A DNA stretch of 20,000 bases from GCF_002087085.1 NZ_MWQY01000021.1:44231-64230, one strand, 5' to 3'. Counted from the stretch's first letter, positions 1 to 9,573 are shown. Notes: a model not told the origin generated them from the letters alone. Translations and numbers: made by a program.

Positions 1-432
1 AAAATCGACCCAGCGGCCGGCACGGGTCATGACGGTTTCCCATTCCTTTGTGTAGCGCAGAACAATGGAGCGGCAGGATTCGTTGAATTTGGCGATACCG
101 AAATCCTCGATCTCCTTTTTACCGGAGATACCGAGCTCCTTCTCCATTTCGTACTCCACCGGAAGACCGTGGCAGTCCCAGCCGAAACGGCGTTCAACCC
201 TTTTTCCCTTCATGGTCTGGTAGCGCGGGATTATGTCCTTTATGGTGCCCGGTACGAAATGGCCGAAGTGGGGCAGACCGGTGGCAAAGGGAGGCCCGTC
301 GTAAAATGAGTAGTGCTCGCAGTCGCAGCGGTTTTCGATGGATTTCTTGAAGATGTTATTTCCCTTCCAGAACTCGAGGATGGCTTCTTCCATTCTGGGA
401 AAACTCACTTTCGGGTCCACGGGATTGTACAC
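1..432 (-). CDS. ileS: Isoleucine--tRNA ligase, type 2 (5' portion; runs off the window edge)
   Basis: Not in the ORF track. My translation from GTG at 432 reads [22 protein letters not shown]...[24 protein letters not shown]...[12 protein letters not shown]...TRAGRWVDF, containing the class I HIGH-type motif and [16 protein letters not shown] at 441-446. Confidence 0.96.
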   Translation of the reverse strand, partial: MYNPVDPKVSFPRMEEAILEFWKGNNIFKKSIENRCDCEHYSFYDGPPFATGLPHFGHFVPGTIKDIIPRYQTMKGKRVERRFGWDCHGLPVEYEMEKELGISGKKEIEDFGIAKFNESCRSIVLRYTKEWETVMTRAGRWVDF

Positions 433-477
433 AGCTTGCGCTCCTTGGTAGGAATATTCTTGTTCCAGGGTCGCAAC

Positions 478-507
478 ATTCTAGAGAAAATGGAGTACCG
501 CTGTCAA
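478..507 (-). promoter_or_regulatory. Sigma-70-type promoter of ileS
   Basis: Minus strand TTGACA-N18-TAGAAT, about 45 nt upstream of the start codon. Confidence 0.7.
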
Positions 508-632
508 GGGAGCCTGGATTCCGCAGCCCCGGATGAATCGCCAGGAATTAATGGCACCTCAAAAAACTACTCTTTTTACCACGTTTTTATAGATGCCCGT
601 ATCAAAAGTTCCTTGTAAACATTATTTTATTG

Positions 633-652
633 ATATATATTTATCTATATAT
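633..652. promoter_or_regulatory. AT-rich inverted repeat (candidate repressor operator) upstream of the persulfide reductase fusion
   Basis: ATATATA-tttatc-TATATAT (7-6-7), overlapping a -35-like TTGATA at 630-635. Low-complexity sequence. Confidence 0.4.
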
Positions 653-682
653 GTTTCATTCACACGACACAGGGAGAACAGC

Positions 683-3145
683 ATGAAATACCTGATCATC
701 GGCGGTGTTGCAGGAGGGGCGACCACAGCGGCACGCTTGAGAAGACTTGACGAAGATTCCCAAATAATTCTCTTCGAGCGGGGAGCATACATCTCCTACG
801 CCAACTGCGGCCTGCCCTATTATATCGGCGGAACCATCGCCGAGAGGGACGATCTGTTTGTTCAGACCCCTGAATCCTTCTACGACCGCTTCCATATCGA
901 AGTGCGGATCAACAGCGAGGTTCTCTCCATTGACCGGAAAGAAAAAAGCATCGAAGTCCGGGACCTCACAGGCGGCAGAACCTACAGTGAATCCTACGAC
1001 AAGCTGGTACTCTCTCCCGGGGCGGAACCGGTAAAACCGCCGATCCCCGGTATTGAATCGGAGGGTATATTTACCCTGCGGAGCGTTCCGGATACGGATA
1101 GAATCCATGAATATATAGCGGAGAAGAAACCGGAACGGGCGGTAATCGTGGGCGCCGGATTCATCGGTCTTGAAATGGCCGAGAACCTGCACAGGCGCGG
1201 AATCTTTGTCACCATTGTAGAGATGGCCAACCAGGTAATGAATATCCTGGACTACGAGATGGCCGCGGAGGTCCATCAGCACCTGAAGCTGAAGAATGTG
1301 GAGTTCTACCTGGAGGATGCGGTCAGCGCTTTCAAGCCGGACCGGAACAAAAAACTGAGCGTACATCTGCGCTCCGGAAAGGTCCTGCCAGCGGATATGG
1401 TCATCCTTTCCATAGGGGTAAAACCGGACACAACCCTCGCACAGAAGGCGGGCCTCGAAATCGGGGAGTCCGGGGGCATAAAGGTGGACAGCCATCTTCT
1501 CACCTCCGACAGGGATATCTACGCCCTGGGAGACGCCATAGAGTTTCCCAACCCCATAAGCGGCCATCCCATGAAAATCCCCCTGGCGGGTCCCGCAAAC
1601 AAGCAGGGACGAATTGTGGCGGACAACATTGTCAGGGGAAACAGCAGAACCTACAAGGGGACCATCGGCACGGGTATCGCCAAGGTCTTTGATATTACCG
1701 TTGCCTCCACGGGTCTCCCGGAAAAACTGCTCAAGGGGATCGGAATCCCCCACACCTCGGTTATCACCCACTCCGGGTCCCACGCGGGCTATTATCCCGG
1801 AGCAATTCCCATGACCATCAAGATCCTTTTTAATCCGGAAGACGGCAGGCTTCTGGGGGGACAGGTCGTGGGCTACGAGGGGGTGGACAAGAGAATTGAC
1901 CTGATAGCCTCGATCATCGGCATGGGGGGCAATGTCAGCGACCTTGCGGAGATCGAACACGCCTACGCCCCGCCCTTCTCCTCCGCCAAAGACCCGGTGA
2001 ACATCTCCGGTATGGTGGCGGAAAACGTAATAAAGGGTACCAGCCTGCAGGCAAGCTGGACCGAGGTATTCAATCCGGAAAAAAAGAAGGACATCCTGCT
2101 GCTGGATGTGCGCACTGAGGAAGAACACGCCCTGGGAAGCGTCGAATCTGCGCTGAACATTCCCGTCGACGATCTGCGCCGAAGGATCGGAGAACTCCCC
2201 CGGGACAGGAAAATCGTTCTTTTCTGCAGTGTGGGACTCCGGGCCTACGTGGCGGAGCGGATTCTCCGGCAGCACGGATTCTCCAATGTCGCCAACCTCT
2301 CGGGAGGTTATAAAACCTACTCCATCTCCACCCAGAAACAGAGCAACGAGGATATCTTCTCCGGAGAGTTCATAGGAAAGGACGACCATATCTACCAGGG
2401 GGTCCCGAGAAAAAGTGAAGGCATACAGGTCAAACGGATCGATGCCTCCGGAATGCAGTGTCCGGGACCGATAATGCGCCTTAAAAAGGAGATAGAAAGC
2501 CTCGATTCCGGCGACAGGCTTGTTCAGACCGCGACGGATCCCGGTTTTGCCCGGGACGTGGAATCCTGGTGCCGGATGACAGGGAACAGCCTGCTCTCCG
2601 TCAGCCACGAGGGAGGAGTCATAACAGCGGAAATAGAGAAAGGCCGCCCCCTTGCGCCGAACCCGATGCGTCAGGGCAACGGAACCACCCTGGTGGTCTT
2701 CTCGGATGATCTGGACAGGGCCCTGGCCTCCTTCGTGATCGCCAACGGCGCCGCGGCTTCCGGACGGGAGGTTACCCTCTTTTTTACCTTCTGGGGCCTG
2801 AACGTCATCAAGGCGCAGCACAAACCGAAGGTAAAAAAAGACCTCATGGGAAGGATGTTTTCCCTGATGATGCCCGCCTCCAGCCGGAAGCTGTCCTTGA
2901 GCAAGATAAACATGGGCGGCATGGGCAGCCGCATGATGCGGCGGCGAATGAAATCCAGGGGTGTCGATTCCCTCGAGACCATGATCGACCAGGCCCGGGA
3001 GGCGGGAGTACGCCTCGTGGCATGCCAGATGTCCATGGACATAATGGGGGTACAGAAGGAGGAGCTTATCGACGGGGTTGAGGTCGGAGGCGTCGCCACA
3101 TTCCTCGAGAGCGCCCAGGAATCCAGCGCAAGCCTGTTCGTATAG
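683..3145 (+). CDS. FAD-dependent CoA-disulfide/persulfide reductase fused to rhodanese, TusA/SirA and DsrE2-like domains
   Basis: Start reset to ATG 683 (SD AGGGAG). Motifs: GGVAGG FAD fold, SYANCGLPY redox Cys, GAGFIGLE NADH site, YAPPFS, rhodanese LLDVR...FCSVGLR, TusA DASGMQCPGP, DsrE-like FFTFWGL...ACQMSMDIMG. Confidence 0.92.
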   Translation: MKYLIIGGVAGGATTAARLRRLDEDSQIILFERGAYISYANCGLPYYIGGTIAERDDLFVQTPESFYDRFHIEVRINSEVLSIDRKEKSIEVRDLTGGRTYSESYDKLVLSPGAEPVKPPIPGIESEGIFTLRSVPDTDRIHEYIAEKKPERAVIVGAGFIGLEMAENLHRRGIFVTIVEMANQVMNILDYEMAAEVHQHLKLKNVEFYLEDAVSAFKPDRNKKLSVHLRSGKVLPADMVILSIGVKPDTTLAQKAGLEIGESGGIKVDSHLLTSDRDIYALGDAIEFPNPISGHPMKIPLAGPANKQGRIVADNIVRGNSRTYKGTIGTGIAKVFDITVASTGLPEKLLKGIGIPHTSVITHSGSHAGYYPGAIPMTIKILFNPEDGRLLGGQVVGYEGVDKRIDLIASIIGMGGNVSDLAEIEHAYAPPFSSAKDPVNISGMVAENVIKGTSLQASWTEVFNPEKKKDILLLDVRTEEEHALGSVESALNIPVDDLRRRIGELPRDRKIVLFCSVGLRAYVAERILRQHGFSNVANLSGGYKTYSISTQKQSNEDIFSGEFIGKDDHIYQGVPRKSEGIQVKRIDASGMQCPGPIMRLKKEIESLDSGDRLVQTATDPGFARDVESWCRMTGNSLLSVSHEGGVITAEIEKGRPLAPNPMRQGNGTTLVVFSDDLDRALASFVIANGAAASGREVTLFFTFWGLNVIKAQHKPKVKKDLMGRMFSLMMPASSRKLSLSKINMGGMGSRMMRRRMKSRGVDSLETMIDQAREAGVRLVACQMSMDIMGVQKEELIDGVEVGGVATFLESAQESSASLFV

Positions 3146-3164
3146 GGGCTCGATGAGAAAAAAC

Positions 3165-3193
3165 TTGAAATTAAGGGCTTAACAATCTATCAT
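3165..3193 (+). promoter_or_regulatory. Sigma-70-type promoter of the diguanylate cyclase (likely leaderless)
   Basis: TTGAAA-N17-TATCAT ending 7 nt before ATG 3201. Confidence 0.55.
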
Positions 3194-3200
3194 CGAGGTA

Positions 3201-5117
3201 ATGCAAAATCGGCTTTCCACCCGTATGCTTTTCATGGTACTGCTACCTGTTTTTGTCTGTACACTTCTTCTGGTTTTTCTGCTTATCGCCTTCAACGCCG
3301 CCTATGATGTTGTGGTGGGCGTACAGGAGGAAAACCTCAGAGAACTTGTACGCCTGGGCAGCAGTTCCATAGATCGCTTATGGATATCTCCCCGGGAGAA
3401 ATCCGTTGAAGCCCTCGCCCGAAGTCCTCTTTTACAGAAACGGATACGGGGGGAGGTTCCTTTTTCCGAACTGCATGCCGATTGGGAATCCATACACCCT
3501 GCCCTGGAAGGCTGTTTCTTCATTTACTATGGTCTGGAAGACGGAACCATAGAGCTGTATCCCGATCTCGATCTGCCGGAGGATTACGATCACAGGGAAC
3601 GGCTCTCGTATAAAAAGGGAATAAACCTCGAAACCACCTCTCCGGCATGGACCGCTCCCTACGCTGAAATCATTACCGGGCAGATTATCGTCAGTACCGT
3701 GGTCCAGCTCCGGGATGCGCAGAACAGGCCCATCGGTGTCTTTGCAGCGGATATAACCCTCAAGGGACTCCAGGAGATCCTGAATCAGATTCAGCTTCCC
3801 CGGGGGAGCTCTATATTCCTGCTGGACACCGAAGGAACTCCCTTTGTGGGAACCGACGTTGAAGATGTGCGTACCGGAGGGCTTCCCGGGGAGAGCGACA
3901 AGACCTTTGTGGAATACAGCAGTCCCCTTTCCAACGGCTGGAGAATCGCGGTGGTTGTGCCGCGAAAGTCCATGGCAAGGAGCTTTGAACGCCTGCGAAG
4001 CCTGGTCCTGGGCTTCTCGTTTCTGCTGTTCATCCTCTCCGCCGGAATCCTCGCTTTTCATGTGATAAAGCTCGCCTCGAGGGCACACCGGCTGGCCTCC
4101 TACTTTGAAGAGGTCATGATGGAAAATCGACCACTGGGCAGGGTATTCAGAAGCAACGATGAGTTTTCCTTTCTGAACAAGCAGTTCAATAAGGTCATAC
4201 TGGCTACCCGCAGAGCGGAAAACGAAAGACTGTCCCGGGAACAGGTATTCCGCTTTATCATAGAGCGTTCCCCCATTGGCTTTTTCCGAACCCGCAGCGA
4301 GGGATCCCTTCTGTACGCAAACCCCTATTTTATCCGGCTCCTGGGTTATTCCCCTGAAGAGATGGAGACGATCGACTCTGTTGAACGTTTTTATGCCGAC
4401 AGGGAGGACAGAAAGACCTTTCTGGCCGAGCTTTCAGAAAAACACGAGGTCCAGGGCCGACGGATCCGTTTTCAACGGAAGTCGGGGGATTTCTTCTGGA
4501 TCTCCATGAACTCCCTGATTGTTCCCGGACAGGAAAACAGGGAGGTTTTCGAGATCGAGGGTTTCCTCATCGATGCAACTGACGAGGTTGAAGAACAGGA
4601 ACGGCTGCGGATTCTTGCCGAGACCGATCCTCTCACGACCCTGGCCAATCGCCGCGCCTTTTTCGAAAGGTTTTCAATTGCCCTGGGACAGGCGCGTCAG
4701 AACGGAGAATCCATCAGCCTGATCATCTTCGACGTGGACCGCTTCAAGCCGGTAAACGACACCTATGGACACGATCTGGGGGATGAAATCCTGCGGCTGA
4801 TAGCAGCTGCGGGAGAAAAAATCATCCGCAAGGGAGACGTATTTGCCAGGCTTGGAGGAGATGAGTTCGCCCTGCTTCTGCCTGCCAGCAGCGGAGAGGA
4901 GGCAAAAGGTCTGGCATCCCGACTGCAGGCGGGTATTGCGCAGATCGACCCGCCGGATCCCCTGGATTCATTTCCCAGCATCAGCATCGGCATCTGCTGT
5001 CATGGAGACGCTGAAGACTGCAGCATTGATGAATTATACAAAAAAGCTGATACCGCCCTCTATGAAGCAAAAGCCGCGGGACGCAACAGAATCGTCCTTT
5101 ACACTCCCCCCACCTGA
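3201..5117 (+). CDS. Membrane sensor diguanylate cyclase (TM-dCache-TM-PAS-GGDEF)
   Basis: Two hydrophobic segments flank a Cache-like region (YDHRERLSY...WTAPY...GVFAADI). PAS region (YANPYFIRLLGYS), then DPLTTLANRR, DVDRFKPVNDTYGH, intact RLGGDEF and an RKGD I-site. Confidence 0.92.
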   Translation: MQNRLSTRMLFMVLLPVFVCTLLLVFLLIAFNAAYDVVVGVQEENLRELVRLGSSSIDRLWISPREKSVEALARSPLLQKRIRGEVPFSELHADWESIHPALEGCFFIYYGLEDGTIELYPDLDLPEDYDHRERLSYKKGINLETTSPAWTAPYAEIITGQIIVSTVVQLRDAQNRPIGVFAADITLKGLQEILNQIQLPRGSSIFLLDTEGTPFVGTDVEDVRTGGLPGESDKTFVEYSSPLSNGWRIAVVVPRKSMARSFERLRSLVLGFSFLLFILSAGILAFHVIKLASRAHRLASYFEEVMMENRPLGRVFRSNDEFSFLNKQFNKVILATRRAENERLSREQVFRFIIERSPIGFFRTRSEGSLLYANPYFIRLLGYSPEEMETIDSVERFYADREDRKTFLAELSEKHEVQGRRIRFQRKSGDFFWISMNSLIVPGQENREVFEIEGFLIDATDEVEEQERLRILAETDPLTTLANRRAFFERFSIALGQARQNGESISLIIFDVDRFKPVNDTYGHDLGDEILRLIAAAGEKIIRKGDVFARLGGDEFALLLPASSGEEAKGLASRLQAGIAQIDPPDPLDSFPSISIGICCHGDAEDCSIDELYKKADTALYEAKAAGRNRIVLYTPPT

Positions 5118-5195
5118 GCTATCGGATACCATGGGACATGGATTCTGCAGGGATGCGACTGCCGGAGGGAATAAGCAGCTTGCGTCATTCTATTC

Positions 5196-5223
5196 TTGAC
5201 TAATCCTATCATCTTTATATACT
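5196..5223 (+). promoter_or_regulatory. Sigma-70-type promoter of the symporter
   Basis: TTGACT-N16-TATACT, followed by SD GGAGG before ATG 5258. Confidence 0.6.
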
Positions 5224-5257
5224 TTACAATATAAGTAACATATATGGAGGATTAATC

Positions 5258-6613
5258 ATGGGTGCTTCCTTTTTTATCTGGCTCGCAGTTTTTCTGCTCC
5301 TTCTCGTGATTCTCGCTCTGCCGAAATTCCGGGCTGGAGTTCCGTTTTCCCTCAGGGTCTTCATCGCCATGCTCCTTGGCGGAGGAACAGGCCTGGCGAT
5401 CTATGCAACTCAAAGCCCGGAGGTATCGGCGGAACTGAGGCGCTGGTTTTCCCTGGTGGGCTACGGCTATGTCGACCTGCTGCGAATGCTCATCATTCCC
5501 CTGGTCCCCACCAGTATTATTGCCGGGCTGCTTAAACTGGAAAACACCCGGGAACTGAAGGTCCTGGGATTACGGACGATCACCCTGTTTTTATCCACCG
5601 CCGTTGTCGCCAGTATTCTGGGTCTTGTAATCGGCTCCCTTTTCAAGGTCGGTGCGGGAGTGGCAACTGCAGGTCTGGCCGCCCGGGAATCCCAGCAGAT
5701 CACCGATGTGATTGCCAGATTCCGGGATTTTATACCGTCTAATCCTGTTGCAGCGGCAGCGGAGACAAAGATAATTCCTCTGGTGGTGTTCTCCCTGTTC
5801 ATCGGAACCGCAGCGGTAATAGAGTCAGGAAAAAACAAGGAACGCATAGAACCGTTCAAAGCACTGATCGATTCCTTTGTCAGAGTAGTTATCCGCCTGA
5901 CCAGGATCATCATAGGCCTGACACCCTACGGTGTACTGGGGCTCATGGCCTACTGGATGTCCAACACGGGAATGGCAGCCCTTGCGGATCTGGGTCTCTT
6001 TGTCCTGGCCATTGTCGCTGCCTGCGCCGTCCAGATCCTTGTTGTATACGGCGGTCTTCTGACCAGCCTCGCCAGGATTAATCCCTTCCGCTTTTACCGT
6101 GCCGCCTCTCCGGCCATGCTCCTGGCCTTTACATCCCGTTCGAGCCTGGGGACCCTTACCCTGACGATAGACACCATGAAAAACCGCCTCAAGGTAAACT
6201 CCCGGGTAGCCAATTTCGTCGGTCCCATCGGCGCGGTCATGAACATGGATGCCTGCGGAGGAATTTTTCCCGCCATGGTGGCGGTATTCGCGGCCAACGC
6301 TTTTGGCATTGTGTTGGAACCGTTTCAGTATCTTCTTATAGTCATCGTATCGGTACTGGCGAGTATCGGCAGTGCGGCGGTCCCCATGGGGGCAACCGCC
6401 TTTACGATTATCACCCTCTCCACCGTCGGTCTGCCGGTAGAGGCGGTAGGACTGGTCGCCGGAGTCGATTTTCTGGTGGACATGTTCCGTACCAGTACCA
6501 ACGTTACCGGAGATCTGACCGCTTCGGTGATCGTGGGAAACTCCCTGGGCGAGTTCGACCGGGAGGCCTTCAACAGCCAGGACTTCAGTGAACTCGCCCC
6601 TGAAGGGGTTTAG
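5258..6613 (+). CDS. Dicarboxylate/amino acid:cation symporter (DAACS family), probably L-cystine transporter TcyP-like
   Basis: Multiple TM helices, AFTSRSSLGTL serine-rich loop, NMDACGGIFPAM substrate motif, DMFRTSTNVTGD. The extra N-terminal helix and the C-x-G-I-x-P-A-M pattern resemble TcyP. Confidence 0.85.
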   Translation: MGASFFIWLAVFLLLLVILALPKFRAGVPFSLRVFIAMLLGGGTGLAIYATQSPEVSAELRRWFSLVGYGYVDLLRMLIIPLVPTSIIAGLLKLENTRELKVLGLRTITLFLSTAVVASILGLVIGSLFKVGAGVATAGLAARESQQITDVIARFRDFIPSNPVAAAAETKIIPLVVFSLFIGTAAVIESGKNKERIEPFKALIDSFVRVVIRLTRIIIGLTPYGVLGLMAYWMSNTGMAALADLGLFVLAIVAACAVQILVVYGGLLTSLARINPFRFYRAASPAMLLAFTSRSSLGTLTLTIDTMKNRLKVNSRVANFVGPIGAVMNMDACGGIFPAMVAVFAANAFGIVLEPFQYLLIVIVSVLASIGSAAVPMGATAFTIITLSTVGLPVEAVGLVAGVDFLVDMFRTSTNVTGDLTASVIVGNSLGEFDREAFNSQDFSELAPEGV

Positions 6614-6621
6614 AAGACTGT

Positions 6622-7689
6622 TCAGTCCAGCCAGATATCGCAGGGTATCCCCAGGGATTCTCCCATGGCTTCCAGTTCTTTCGCGATGTTTTCATGGAGG
6701 GGGATACCCGTTTTATGCCGCTCTTCCACTGACTGAGCGGCCCGCTCTCCGGGATAGCGCACAGAGGAAATTCCTTCCTGAACCGGGGAGCGGTGCAGCT
6801 TTTCGATCATTTCGTCCATAAGAGTTGTGAACTGCCCGCCTTCGAGGCATCCGATCTTCATGGCGAAGAAACTGTGGGTATCCACCCCCTTCTTTCGCAG
6901 CATGCTCCCCCCGTCACCGGAGAGCATCCCGGCCAGAATATCCACCATCAGCAGAAGGCCGAAACCCTTGTGGACGCCGTGGCTCAAGCTGCTTCCCAGG
7001 GGCAGAACGGCGGAATCGGGACCGAAATATCCTTCAGGATCGGTAACAGGATTCCCTTTTCCGTCGATCACATAGCCTTCCGGCATGGTCTCACCGTCCC
7101 AGGACATCAGATGGGCCTTGTTGGCTATGGACATGGTGGGGGCCATATCAAAGATAAATGGGGGATTCTTTCCTGCAGGGGCTGCAAAGGCAAGAACATT
7201 GTTCCCCACCAGCTTGCCTTTACCCCCCGGGGCGGCCACGGAATTACCTCCGGTGGAAAACTGCATTCCCAGCATGCCCGCTTCCGCGGCCATGTTCACG
7301 TAGTAGGAACCGGCTCCGTTGTGGTTGCTGTTGAAGACATTTACCCATCCCATGCCGTACTCTTCGGCCATCTCCATGGCAAGTTCCATGGCCCGGTGAC
7401 TGGCGATAAATCCCAGTCCGTTATCCGCATCCAGGAGGGCTGTTGTGGGTGTGCAGCGCTCAACAGAGAGTTCGGGCTTTCCATTGATAATACCGTCCTG
7501 CACCTTCTTTACATAATAGCTGTAAAGATTCATTACACCATGAGTCTTTATTCCCCTCAAATCGGCATCCACCAGAATGGCGGCTGTGAGATCCGCATCA
7601 TCCCTGGACACCCCGACTTTCTGAAGGGATAAAGAGGCCAGTTCCGTCAGTCGTTTCGCATCTGCTCTTCGATAGTTCTTCTTTTCCAT
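6622..7689 (-). CDS. Ldh_2 family oxidoreductase (malate/L-lactate/sulfolactate/ureidoglycolate dehydrogenase-like)
   Basis: ADLRGIKTHG, LLDADNGLG, NSNHNG, FDMA, HKGFGL and RYPGER motifs. Start reset to ATG 7689 (MEKKNY). Confidence 0.88.
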   Translation of the reverse strand: MEKKNYRRADAKRLTELASLSLQKVGVSRDDADLTAAILVDADLRGIKTHGVMNLYSYYVKKVQDGIINGKPELSVERCTPTTALLDADNGLGFIASHRAMELAMEMAEEYGMGWVNVFNSNHNGAGSYYVNMAAEAGMLGMQFSTGGNSVAAPGGKGKLVGNNVLAFAAPAGKNPPFIFDMAPTMSIANKAHLMSWDGETMPEGYVIDGKGNPVTDPEGYFGPDSAVLPLGSSLSHGVHKGFGLLLMVDILAGMLSGDGGSMLRKKGVDTHSFFAMKIGCLEGGQFTTLMDEMIEKLHRSPVQEGISSVRYPGERAAQSVEERHKTGIPLHENIAKELEAMGESLGIPCDIWLD

Positions 7690-7695
7690 GTGGAT

Positions 7696-7724
7696 ATTGT
7701 AACAGGCAGGATCGGAATCAACAA
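7696..7724 (-). promoter_or_regulatory. Extended -10 promoter of the Ldh_2 gene (likely leaderless)
   Basis: Minus strand TTGTTG-N17-TACAAT with TGn extension, 6 nt before the ATG. No SD. Confidence 0.55.
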
Positions 7725-7802
7725 CGGAAGGCCCCATATCCGGTACTCGATGCTTGCGAAATTTCTGTCCCGCCTGCATACTCTGCAGTGGAGGCAGATA
7801 TA

Positions 7803-8279
7803 ATGGACACGAAAACCCTTGAAAACAGAATTGCCCGGTGTATTCAGGAAGAAGAGGAGCTTCAGTTCAGAACATTCACCAACCGGGATGCCCTGGAGCT
7901 CGGTCTCGGGATACTGAAACGGGCGGAAGAACAGAACATACATATTACAATCGACATCGAGCGCCACGGACAGCGTCTTTTTCATTATGCCATGGACGGG
8001 ACGACCATGGACAATGACCAGTGGGTGGAACGCAAAAAACGCGTCGTTAACCGGGTTTTCAGGAGTTCCTACCATTTCTTCCTCCTGCTGCAACAGCGGG
8101 GTCAGAACCTGAGAGACCGGGGACTTGATGAAAAGGATTACGCCCCCTCGGGAGGAGCTTTCCCCTTGAAAATCAGGGATGCCGGGGTAATCGGGGTCAT
8201 AGCGGTTTCGGGACTTCCCCACGAGGAAGACCATGCCCTGGTGGTTTCGGAGATCAGGAAATTCCTGACCCGGGGGTAA
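7803..8279 (+). CDS. UPF0303 / heme-degrading-domain (GlcG/HbpS-like) protein
   Basis: FTNRDALELG, DNDQWVERKKRVVNR...SS and GGAFPL...GVIAVSGLPHEEDH family pattern. SD GGAGG supports ATG 7803; TTGCGA-N17-CATACT lies upstream. Confidence 0.85.
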   Translation: MDTKTLENRIARCIQEEEELQFRTFTNRDALELGLGILKRAEEQNIHITIDIERHGQRLFHYAMDGTTMDNDQWVERKKRVVNRVFRSSYHFFLLLQQRGQNLRDRGLDEKDYAPSGGAFPLKIRDAGVIGVIAVSGLPHEEDHALVVSEIRKFLTRG

Positions 8280-8365
8280 GTAATATACCATTTATGAATT
8301 ATCACGTGAAATTGTTCAGACACCCCCCTTGATTGTCGCCAAGATTCAGTCACATAATGGGGCGC

Positions 8366-9559
8366 ATGAGTCAGCCCAAGAAAATCAATCCCAGTCTGAT
8401 GATCACCATGCTGGTTATCGCCATATTTCTGTCCATGACGTCACGGACGATATTCTCTCCCCTTATGCCGATGCTGCAGAAGGAACTCGGAATCAGCCTC
8501 TCCACTGCGGGAACCCTGTTTTTCATGATCAGCCTGAGTTACGGTGTAACCATACTCTTTGCCGGATTTCTTTCCTCCAGGATAGGTCACGGTAAGGCAA
8601 TCGTCACTGCTCTGGCGGCCATATCCCTGGGTCTTCTTCTTTCTGCGGTATCCTGGGGGATTCTGCCTCTTTCCATGGGAATGGTGCTGATCGGAGCCGG
8701 TGCCGGGATTTATCCTCCCTCCGGGCTTGTAATGATAAACACCACCATCAGCCTTGAACACCGGAGTACGGCATTTTCTTTTCATGAAATCGGACCCAAC
8801 CTGGCACTGCTTGTCTCTCCTCTGATTGTCCTTGCCCTGGAGCCGTGGTTCGGCTGGCGGGGTGTTCTATTATGTCTCTCCGTGGCTGTTTTCCTCGGGA
8901 GCATGGTGTTTCTCCGCTGGGGAGCACCCGGCAGCGGCATGGGGGCCCCGCCCCGGCTCAGTACCATCGGGAAAATCCTCAGACTGCGAACCACCATACT
9001 GGGCATGGTAATCATGTCCGCAGCCCTTTCGGGTCAGCAGGGTGTCTACGCCATATTACCCGCCTATCTGGTTACCGAACACGGACTCTCCTCCCAGTAC
9101 GTGAATGTCCTTCTCTCCATCTCCCGGGTAACCGGCATAATCCTGCTGCTTCGCTCGGGACCGGTTATCAACCATATCGGCAGACGGGCCACCATTTTCG
9201 GAGTGCTCTTCTTCTCCGCCCTGTGTACCGCCCTGCTCGGTATTTTGAAGGGTATACCCCTGGCTGTGGCGGTAATTGCCCAGCCGGCGCTTCTGACAGT
9301 GCTGTTCCCCGCGGCCCTCTCTTCCCTTTCCGAGATAGGCGAAGCCCAGTATCAGAATATTACCTATGCCCTGATAATAACCATCGGTGTGGGAGGCGGA
9401 GTCGGTGTGGCTCCGGCGATACTCGGGGTAATGGGAGATCTCGGTATCGGATGGCTCGGCTTTATTCTGCTGGCGGTCTATATGGCTTTTGCCATGCTGT
9501 TTCTGAAATCAACCCCGGTATTCGGCAGGGAAGTACGGAACAGGGAGAACCGGCAGTAA
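8366..9559 (+). CDS. MFS transporter, substrate unknown
   Basis: About 12 hydrophobic segments; motif A-like GFLSSRIGH and GPVINHIGRR. Start chosen at ATG 8366 because of the promoter-like TTGATT-N18-CATAAT directly upstream. Confidence 0.85.
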   Translation: MSQPKKINPSLMITMLVIAIFLSMTSRTIFSPLMPMLQKELGISLSTAGTLFFMISLSYGVTILFAGFLSSRIGHGKAIVTALAAISLGLLLSAVSWGILPLSMGMVLIGAGAGIYPPSGLVMINTTISLEHRSTAFSFHEIGPNLALLVSPLIVLALEPWFGWRGVLLCLSVAVFLGSMVFLRWGAPGSGMGAPPRLSTIGKILRLRTTILGMVIMSAALSGQQGVYAILPAYLVTEHGLSSQYVNVLLSISRVTGIILLLRSGPVINHIGRRATIFGVLFFSALCTALLGILKGIPLAVAVIAQPALLTVLFPAALSSLSEIGEAQYQNITYALIITIGVGGGVGVAPAILGVMGDLGIGWLGFILLAVYMAFAMLFLKSTPVFGREVRNRENRQ

Positions 9560-9573
9560 AACATCTTCCAGCT

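Noticed and set aside
552..568. TGGCAC resembling a sigma-54 -24 element
   Set aside because: No TTGC -12 element at the required spacing.
433..600. Possible T-box riboswitch upstream of ileS, and an imperfect hairpin at about 514-545
   Set aside because: The promoter is only about 45 nt from the start, leaving no room for a T-box, and no T-box motif was seen. The hairpin lies upstream of the promoter and has no U-tract.
313..618. 101-aa plus-strand ORF
   Set aside because: Overlaps ileS antisense and its promoter; no homology cues.
656..2821. 721-aa antisense ORF
   Set aside because: Lies opposite the well-supported reductase gene and has no recognizable motifs; a typical shadow ORF caused by codon bias.
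8297..8313. Imperfect palindrome AATT-A-TCACGTGA-AATT upstream of the MFS promoter
   Set aside because: Short, bulged and single-copy; spacing does not fit CRP/FNR or Rex consensus, so it could be chance.
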